Made by a program: the position numbers and the translations under genes
From: Eledone cirrhosa
Lineage: Eukaryota
Assembly: GCA_964016885.1 (NCBI GenBank)
Contig: OZ024740.1
Location: forward strand, 282,410,001 to 282,474,000
Direction: 5' to 3'
Length of the DNA stretch: 64,000 nt
In this document: in pieces, positions 55,711 through 64,000 of the stretch
How the letters are laid out: the number at the start of each line of letters is the position of its first letter
Position numbering within the stretch: position 1 is the stretch's first letter
Notes under the pieces: generated by a model
Told to the model about the DNA's origin: nothing
The model's database searches: none
Seen by the model: only the letters and a program-made list of their open reading frames with translations

Positions 55711-56143
55711 AGTTATAGTTTGGGAGGGTCATGTTGCCAGTAAGAAACACACGCACCAGTTGTTTCACTCCAATATATTATAAATTAAATTTATAAATTT
55801 AAGAATTTATAAATTTCCGGTTGTAACCAAATAAATAAACAAATAAAAACACACACAGATGTAACACATGCGCAAACGAAAAACACAACACACACAAAAA
55901 CAAGATGGCGTAGGACAGAACAAAGGAGAGGCATAAAACAAAGAGAAGAATCTCCAGTCACTGAAGAGGTCAGAGAATGTGAGACGAAAGAACTTTGACA
56001 ATATATGAACAACCGTCCGGTTGTGGAACCAACCAACCGGAAATTTATAAATTCTTAGATTTATAAATTTAATTTATAATAAATTGGAGTGAAAGCAACT
56101 GGTGCGTGTGTTTCTTATTGGCAACATGACCCTCCCAAAGTAT

Positions 56144-56148
<5 letters not shown>
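55711..56148 (+). mobile_element. Inverted-arm HHR cassette (family also at 45955-46215; related tails at 56630-56900, 58143-58290, 22600-22642)
   Basis: 55711-55822 is the near reverse complement of 56035-56148. The terminus GTTATACTT(T)GGGAGGGTCAT is shared by the other copies. Confidence 0.75.
55957..55999 (+). ncRNA. Minimal hammerhead motif
   Basis: GTCA-CTGAAGA-G-GTC-AGAGAATGTGA-GAC-GAAA-GAAC-TT-TGAC. Confidence 0.6.
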
Positions 56149-56199
<51 letters not shown>

Positions 56200-56200
<1 letters not shown>

Positions 56201-56503
56201 TTAATTTCGGTCACGAATGACCATTGGTTGTTATGCCTAGAAAGTTCCTTCCGAGGCCTAATTTCGGGCAAGATATTTTGTGGAAGACCATCAGTCTCCT
56301 ATGCATGCCAGTCTCCTTTATCCATGTCACCAATGTTGTCTAAGGGAAAGGCAGCTTTGCACCAGTAACATCGCTACTCGTTTCTGAATGAAGTGGAGCA
56401 ACATGAAATGAAGAATCTTGTTCAAGGACACGACGCACCACCCTGTCCGTGAACTCACTACGATTGTGAAACTAAATCTGTACCCACTAAGCCACACGCC
56501 TTC
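56200..56503 (-). mobile_element. Second tRNA-derived SINE family copy
   Basis: Head GAAGGCGTGTGGCTTAGTGG and central GTGTCCTTGAACAAGA...TGTTGCTCCACTTCA. A split copy lies at 3154-3200 and 3780-3918. Confidence 0.65.
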
Positions 56504-56629
56504 ATATACGTATTTATATATATATATAAATATGCACACACATACACACATGCTCATACACAAATACACACATATAAATATATATATATGTTTTGCAAGG
56601 TTTTGATATGAAATCGTGTGTCGAATCAA

Positions 56630-56896
56630 ATATTGTTATACTTGGGGAGGGTCATATTGTTATAGTATTGCCAGTAATAATAACAGACTGTTTGGTTTGC
56701 GCTGGTTTTCGCTTCTGTATTTTTTTATATCTCCATAGTTAATTTATTTAGCAATCAATGTTTATCATTGATTGCTAAATAAATTAACTATGGAGATATA
56801 AAAGATACACAAGTGAAAACCAACCCAAACCAAACAGTGAGTGTGTTCTGTTATTATTTCTGGCAATATTATAACAATATGACCCTCCCCAAGTAT

Positions 56897-56900
<4 letters not shown>
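56630..56900. repeat. Foldback palindrome
   Basis: The left half is the near reverse complement of the right half, centred near 56763. Confidence 0.85.
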
Positions 56901-56978
<78 letters not shown>

Positions 56979-57094
56979 TGACATACATATTAGCTATGTT
57001 TTAACGAACACTAATAATGGAAAAATGCAGTTTGATTTGCACTCCAGAAATAAGTATCAGAAAGGGAAAGGATTAGAAGAGGAAAATTACTTAC

Positions 57095-57533
57095 GATTTC
57101 GGCATGTTTTACGAACAATATCATCTTTTATTCGATCAAGAGCATCATAACTTGTGGCATGGATCAAATATTTCCATTTCGGACTACTAACAAGTTCACT
57201 TAAGTCGTCGTATTTTATTCGGTTTCCGATTGCAATAGCAAATATTTCTATGTTTTCTTTTCTGCATCGCTTTGCTGCCAGTGTTGCGGTTTTGTGTGTC
57301 TGAGACATTCCATCTGTTAGTAAAATTGCAACCCTTTTCACTCCGGGTCTGGCACCACTTTCGTTTTTATACACTCTATTAATGAGTGTATCTAGTGCGT
57401 TTGCAATGTTGGTTTTACCTTTCATCTGGTGAATCAAACCAATTCTCCATTTCAACAAGGACCTATCACTTGACTGCATTAAATAGACATTAACCATGGC
57501 CCAATCACTAAAAGTGACAATTCCAACTCGTAC
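57095..57533 (-). CDS. VWA-domain protein, exon (C-terminal part of VWA1)
   Basis: Acceptor TTTTAG|GTA at 57533 and donor C|GTAAGT at 57095. 439 nt, phase 0 to 1. Encodes VRVGIVTFSDWA...KTNIANAL...VAILLTDG...EIFAIAIG...KTCRN and continues the 59795 exon in frame. Confidence 0.92.
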
Positions 57534-57889
57534 CTAAAATTTAAAGTCATGAAAATGCATTGAATAATTAAACACTTGAAATATTCTATCATTTATTGTT
57601 TCAAGGGATATAAATTAATATAGTAGCAGCTTACAAAACAGATGGTTAGATAATAAAGAAAAGGCATTTGTTATATACGTAAACAGTAGATAAGCTAACA
57701 AATACACAAGTGTCAAAGATAACATAACTTTGCTCCGAAAATAGAGATTCTATAGTTGATTAGAATAAATGGGGTCCTTAGGTACAAAGTTATTAAACTG
57801 TTGAAAGCTTTTCTTGAATACCGACGAAAGCAACCAATTATATATATAAGGTAAAGGAAAGAAGAGTGCTCTATGTAAAGTACAGGACC

Positions 57890-58123
57890 ATTTAATTATG
57901 TAATAAACAACACAATATAATTATTCCATTACCCAAGGTTTCGGGAAGTTAGACATTCTAACAGAAACATCCGATATCGCTCATTAGATGAAATCTTTAT
58001 TATGGATATCCATAATAAAGATTTTATCTGATGAGCGATATCGGACGTTTCTGTTAGAATCGTCTAACTTCCCGAAACCTTAGGTAATGGAATAATTATA
58101 TTGTTGTTTATTACATAATTAAA
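57890..58123. repeat. Near-perfect palindrome centred on GGATATCC (~58004-58011)
   Basis: Arms of about 115 bp with no loop, each containing an HHR motif. Confidence 0.9.
58021..58093 (+). ncRNA. Type I hammerhead ribozyme motif
   Basis: ATTTTAT-CTGATGA-G...C-GAAA-CC-TTA-GG-TA-ATGGAAT. 7-bp stem I with two G-U pairs, GUA site. The mirror copy at 57923-57994 has CTAATGA. Confidence 0.72.
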
Positions 58124-59794
58124 TAGCATATATATATATATATATTGTTATACTTGGGAAGGGTCATATTGTTGTGATAATATTGACAGAAATAATAATA
58201 ACAGAACACACTCACTGTTTGGTTGGTTTTCGCTTCTCTATCTTTTATATCTCCATAGTTAATTCATTTGGCCATCAATGTTTATCATTGATTGACCAAC
58301 GGTTAAAAATACAAATATAAATATATATATATAGTCTAACAAAGTTCTTTCGTTGCACATCTGCAACATCATCATGTTTCCCCCTACTGTATTGTATGTA
58401 TTGTAATGTCTACGCCATTTTTATTTTATCTATTTATTTATTTATTTATTTTTGTCTTCGTCTCTGCGCATGCGTTTGCGTGTGTGTATAGTGTTTGGTG
58501 TGTGAGTTCGCGTTTGAGTGACTGTGTTTTGGTTGTTGTATTCTATCTTAGTTTATTAGTGTGTGTTTATATGTGTTTGTGTATATATTTATTTATTTAT
58601 TTATTTATATTTCTCTTAAGTCAGTATTGTTTGTTTAGCTTTGGCTTTCTAAGCTCTATTTCGCTTGTTTCTAAAATTTATCTGATTTTCAATGTAAAAA
58701 ACCTCACTGACTCCACCACATATCAACCTATTCCTACCAATCCGTACATTTTCCAAAGTGATGGTAATTGTTAACAACCACTTTTTCCCAAAACCTTGAT
58801 TTGCTTTGTCTCCTAGTAAATGCCCTCAATACGGTCCCTGTTGAGTTGGATCTTCCGTGTCACTTACCATCAGTAAGGCATGTGACCTAGTTCAAGTACC
58901 CGACTACAAGTCCCATCCAATTCTAGTATCTGGTATTGGAAACTTCCTGTCGCGTCGTGCAATTGTAGTATGTTCAGCCGAGGTTATTTAACCAACATTT
59001 CATCAATTTTTGTGTTCCTCCCATTTTGGTCATGTAAATTCACACTTCACTTATACATTAACTATCTGCTTGCTGTCAGGTTTAACAACCCGCTCACTGC
59101 AATGAAAATGATACCATATTTCAATATTTATTAAGCTTCTGAGGATAGATGCCATCCACCTACCACTTAACGTAAACTATTTACGCCAAGCATGTACTGC
59201 CTCTATGAACAGAAGTCTCGTATATACCTTCAATAGGGACATGACAACTTTAATTTTTTCATCATTACAAAAGAACATTCGGTGCATATATGATATAGTT
59301 AATCTAGTAACTCGACCATTCTAATCGTGGAATAAAGATATTAAACTCCTCAATTTCGGCCTCAAAATGACGTCTGTCATTACACAGTTCCTTTCTTGAT
59401 TTTCAAGCCCGATCTAACCAATTTTCTCAGTTCTTATTCTCAGTATGCAGCTCTCTAGAATTCGCTTCTAACCATATTGTTCCCACCTACGTTGACTTGC
59501 GAAATTTCAAGCAGAACTTCAACCGTTCCAGCCTCACTAGTACCGAAGAGTAGCTTCTGTAACACTCGTAGATACAAGCCCTTACTCATGACCTAAACCA
59601 TAGATGAGAAAAGTGATATTAAATACTGAGCAAGTAATGAAACTTACTAATTATTTCTAGTGGACACATTTTTATTTTCATTTTAGAGTGTCGTTATATC
59701 TTACCTTAGTAAATGTGTTTTATTTATATTATGACATAAATTAATATTAATTATTTATAAATTTAGTTAGCTCTTGAGCTTCTAAAATAGTTAC

Positions 59795-59946
59795 CTGTAA
59801 TTTGTCCATGCCGACATCTAATCGGTCAGTAATGTATTGAATAAAGTCCAGTTGTTTCTTGAAGTTACTGGGCCAGATACTTGATGAGGAATCCACAACA
59901 AATACCAAATCAGCAGGGGTGCCATGACATTTTAGACCACCATGTT
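59795..59946 (-). CDS. VWA-domain protein, first identifiable exon (N-terminal part of VWA1)
   Basis: Acceptor ...ATTACAG|AA at 59946 and donor CAG|GTAACT at 59795. 152 nt, phase 1 to 0. Encodes HGGLKCHGTPADLVFVVDSSSSIWPSNFKKQLDFIQYITDRLDVGMDKLQ, which contains the MIDAS DxSxS motif. Absent from the ORF track. Confidence 0.9.
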
Positions 59947-60460
59947 CTGTAATATAACATTATTTTGTAATTTATTAGTAATAAGAATACCAATAAATTT
60001 ATTATGCAATCATTTTCAGATTTCTCTGATATGCGTTCTTTAGATTCTCACTCAGTAGTCATTTAACATTTTTCTTTCTAATTGAAATATCTTTATCAAG
60101 AAAAAATATATATACAAGAAAATATATATATGCAAGAACATATATATTTGGTAAAAGCATTCAGATCGTCTGTTTTGTAGAAGAAATTAGTAAATAATTG
60201 AAGTTAAACAGCCTGAATGATTTGTTTTGCTCTTCTAGAATGTACTTGATCTGAATGATATATTTACATGCAATAAAATTAAGAAATAATTACTTTTGCA
60301 GTGTAGATACTAGCTTACAATATGCTTTGCCATGGGTTGAAATTCACTGCTGGAGTTTGGGTGTGATTTTTTTAATAGGAGACATTATTAACACTAGAGC
60401 CAACTAGTCACCTCGGTCTATCATGTCATTCCAACCGCATTTTAGTTTTCATTATTATCT

Positions 60461-60568
60461 AGGTAATCCCGCCGAGGTTAACTTTGCCTTTCAACCTTAC
60501 GGGGTCGATAAAATAAAGTACCAGTAATATACTGGGTAATTGCTTGCCTTGTGCCAAAAGTAGAAACA
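60461..60568 (+). mobile_element. 5'-truncated SINE with TSD
   Basis: ATTATTATCT at 60451-60460 and 60569-60578. Confidence 0.85.
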
Positions 60569-61554
60569 ATTATTATCTCTGTGTGGTAGCTGTTATACAA
60601 TAGCTTATTTTACTTGAACCTCATGTGTAGTGGTAGTAATTCTTAGGGAAACCGTTTACTTGGAAACAAAGGATTTCTACCATTTGTATAGTATTCTGTG
60701 GCAATACTACTAGAATTTCATTTAAAACATACACACCTGGGTATTTTATTCTATTTTTCCTCGTTTTTCGCACTTTAAAAAAAAAAAAGTTGGTTTCATA
60801 TTCAAATGATTAAATTGATTAAATTGACTGAGAAAGTTGCATCAAGGTATTTATCTGACTTGTACCAATGTTCGAACTTACGAAGAATATCTGTCACATT
60901 TGAGTTGTTTAAAATATTTATTTTTTGTTCTGTATTTACTCATTTTCTTTCTGTTTCCTACATTGTTCATATCATCATACTCTAACCAATACTTTTCTTT
61001 TCCTTCCACACAGACGTACAAGCGCATACAAGAGGAGAAATGGTGAGATAATGTGATGTGTGCTTTTTTCGTGTGTTCTTATGAAGACAGGCTGAAGTTC
61101 AGAAATAATCGCAGGTATTGGCTTTAAATGTCCGGAGCATTTTATTTACGATACTAATTTTAATATTTAAATATAAAATAGGCTGTTTCCATAATTGCAA
61201 ACGAATCGAATATTATTATTAATATTCGAAAAACTCAGATTACAATTTTAATATTGGTTTCTTTTAATTTGGCCGATTTGACGATTTACGTTAATACCTC
61301 ACATTTGAAAGGTCATTCACCTTTTTTAACAGAAGAATTTTTATTCCAATGGACCCATTTGGGGAATACCAGGATTCAATGGGCAAGACTATAGCATAAG
61401 TCAATCTAAAGGCAATTCAAATATTCGGTGATCACAGTGCTGGTAATAATTAATGTAACTAAGCACAAACCTTCAATATTTTGAAAAGCAGAATTAGGTT
61501 TATGACATTTATAACTTTTCAAAAAGCGATATCAGTGAAAGTGAAGAAAAACTA

Positions 61555-61860
61555 TTTCAACGAAGAATCTCCCCCACCTTTTTTTAAGTAAGGTAATTGA
61601 TTCTTTTACTTCATGTCGGGACATTTTTCATTTATTTTCTTTCATTTATTTTCATTTATTTTCAACGAAGAATCCCCCCCATCTTTTTTTAAGTAAGGTA
61701 ATTGATTCTTTTACTTCATGTCGGGACATTTTTCATTTATTTTCTTTCATTTATTTTCATTTATTTTCATTTATTTTCAACGAAGAATCCCCCCCACCTT
61801 TTTTTAAGTAAGGTAATTGATTCTTTTACTTCATGTACGGGACATTTTTCATTTATTTTG
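61555..61860. repeat. Minisatellite, three ~105-115-bp units
   Basis: TTTCAACGAAGAATCCCCCC...AAGTAAGGTAATTGATTCTTTTACTTCATG at about 61555, 61660 and 61775. Confidence 0.85.
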
Positions 61861-61887
61861 AATCAAATTTATTATCATGTGTATTAT

Positions 61888-62066
61888 GAGGACGGTGGCT
61901 TGGCAGCATAGAACTACGGCCCTTTGTGATGTGAGTTCAAATCCCACGGAGGTTAACTTTGCCTTTCATCTTTACGGGGTCGATAAAATAAAGTACGGGG
62001 TCGATTTAATCGACTTTCCCCTCCCCCAAATTGCTGGCCTTGTGCCTATATAAGAAACCATTATTA
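61888..62066 (+). mobile_element. SINE copy with internal deletions
   Basis: B box, core and tail match the family. Confidence 0.85.
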
Positions 62067-62675
62067 TTTTATCGACCTCTCTAATATGAAGTCAATGAAT
62101 GTAAAGACATTTGAATGGAGAGTCACGTGTTAATAAGGAAGTAAACTAAAAGACTCAGGTTATAGTACTTTGAACTTAGATGTTTGATTTAGTAATATTC
62201 AAGTAATTTGGGGAAAAAATTACTTATTTTTGTTGCTATAATTCTTCAAAATTCCATTCATTATAGCTTTGGGTGAGTGCACGTATGTATGTGTCAGTGT
62301 ATCTGCGAGTCTGTGTGTGTGTGTCTGTGAGTCTGTGTGGTGATCTGTGTGTGTACGTGTGCGTGTCTGTCTGTGTGAGTGTGTATTTGATGTAGATTTA
62401 ATAAACATGACAAAAATGTAATTTAGAATGTGATTATACATATAGGCCTTTTTTATTATTGTACTGATTTCTATCATTGCATTGCAGCTCTACTGGAGCA
62501 TCGTATTCGAAAGTTCAAAATGCACCGATGATTGACCCCCTTGCTACTGTTGGACACCGCCAAGGGACAATAGCCTCCGGTGTTTTTGCATAGCTACGGC
62601 TCTCTAAATGCTTATCTATAAACATACCTTATTTCTTTAGAAATACACACATACATACGCACACACACATACACA

Positions 62676-62768
<93 letters not shown>

Positions 62769-62852
62769 CCAGGGGGTGTAACTAGGAGTTACTGCAGGTT
62801 CACCCGGGAGAGCACTCGATGTTTAGGTTCACTTCTGTGATGAGGTGTAGAG

Positions 62853-62906
<54 letters not shown>

Positions 62907-63049
62907 CAACCTAGATATTATTTGATGTACTGATTGCACACCGGTATAGATAAATTCAGGCATAGACACGTGTCTATCTGTATGCGTTTAACCCAACTAC
63001 TAGAATTAACAGCTAAACGTCTCTCAATTTATCTTACTATTTTCAACAC

Positions 63050-64000
63050 CAACAGAAGAGTGCCGAGGGCAAAGGCAACCACTCTAAATCTCCTTCATCG
63101 ACCTTACGAAGGCACTCGGCCTAGTTAATAGAGAGGGCCTGTTCAAAATCCTTGCGAAAATTGTCCCCCAAGAATTCTCGTGATAGTCTAATCGTTTCAT
63201 GTAAATATGAAAGGTATCGTTCAATTTAATGGCTCTTCTATGGAGACATTTAACATATGTAGCGGTGTGAAGCAAGACTGTTTTGGGATGACGTAGTACT
63301 AACAACGCACTGCGAGGAGTAAATGCAGCACCTCATGGCCAAACTCTCAAGGGCAAGCCAGGAAGTCAGCCTGAAGAAAACCAACGTACGTAGAAAACCC
63401 TTACCAGCATCATCAACAACTAAGTGCTGGAAGTAGTCCACGAATTCATCAACCTCGACTCCACCATCAATGACAGCTCCTCCTTGGAACCTGGGGTCAG
63501 CAGGAGGTTTGGAGGAGCAGCATCCATATATGCCAGGATGATGAAGTGGGATGGGGAGAACAAAACACTAAGATTGCTGTCTACTAGGTGTATGTTCCTA
63601 GCACACTTCTTGGCGGGAGCGAGACATAGAGCCTCTACTCCAGACTAGAATGGAGTCTCAATGTCTTCCACCTATAGAACCTCACACGCATTTTGGATAT
63701 CAATTGGACGAACCGGGTCATCAACATAGAAGTCTTCAGCCGCACCAAGATACGCAGAATATTTACCCTGCTCCAACAGAGCCGTCAGCGCTGGGTAGGT
63801 CACGTGCATCGTATGCCTGACGGCAGGATCCCAAAAGATCTACTCTATGGGGAACTAGCCACCGGCACAAGAGCACGAGGACGATCTCATCTTCGTTGCA
63901 AAGATGTTAGCCCGAGAGATATGAAACCAAGAGATCTGGACATCCAGAAATGGGAGGGAATGGCTAATGGTCACCCACTATGGAGACGAGTGCAGCATAA
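63050..64000 (+). mobile_element. Decayed RTE (BovB-like) LINE 3' part, running off the window
   Basis: GVKQDC; QRWVGHVHRMPDGRIPKDLLYGEL..G.RARGR..LRCKD. Confidence 0.85.

Noticed and set aside
58760-59600. GC-richer stretch that may be an old transposon (similar case at 20800-21800)
   Set aside because: No interpretable protein motif in any frame examined.
59700-59706. Strong alternative donor AG|GTAAGA 90 nt into the intron
   Set aside because: Extending the exon to it introduces an in-frame TAA.
60290-62640. Candidate start/signal-peptide exons near 60318, 61295-61510, 62223 and 62625
   Set aside because: Each has the wrong phase or in-frame stops for joining to the phase-1 acceptor at 59946.

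Overview
AT-rich, microsatellite-dense animal genomic DNA. The dominant tRNA-derived SINE and the repeat landscape point to an octopod cephalopod (inference). The only host gene supported is a minus-strand gene with three tandem von Willebrand factor A (VWA) domains. Its four in-phase exons are 59946-59795, 57533-57095, 32590-31997 and 19766-19171 (stop); the 5' exon was not found. The rest is transposon debris: a decayed autonomous Helitron, three non-autonomous Helitrons, Penelope-like elements (PLEs), RTE/CRE/R4 LINE fragments, mariner/Tigger fragments and about 20 SINE copies. The main unannotated signal is a dense set of type I hammerhead ribozyme (HHR) motifs, about 20 including degenerate ones. 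They lie in short cassettes inserted into (AT)n tracts, usually with inverted terminal arms. One is a 591-bp head-to-tail array (12341-13817) in which each unit carries an intact U3-A8 variant hammerhead, resembling a retrozyme. All structures were folded by eye and no ribozyme activity has been tested.
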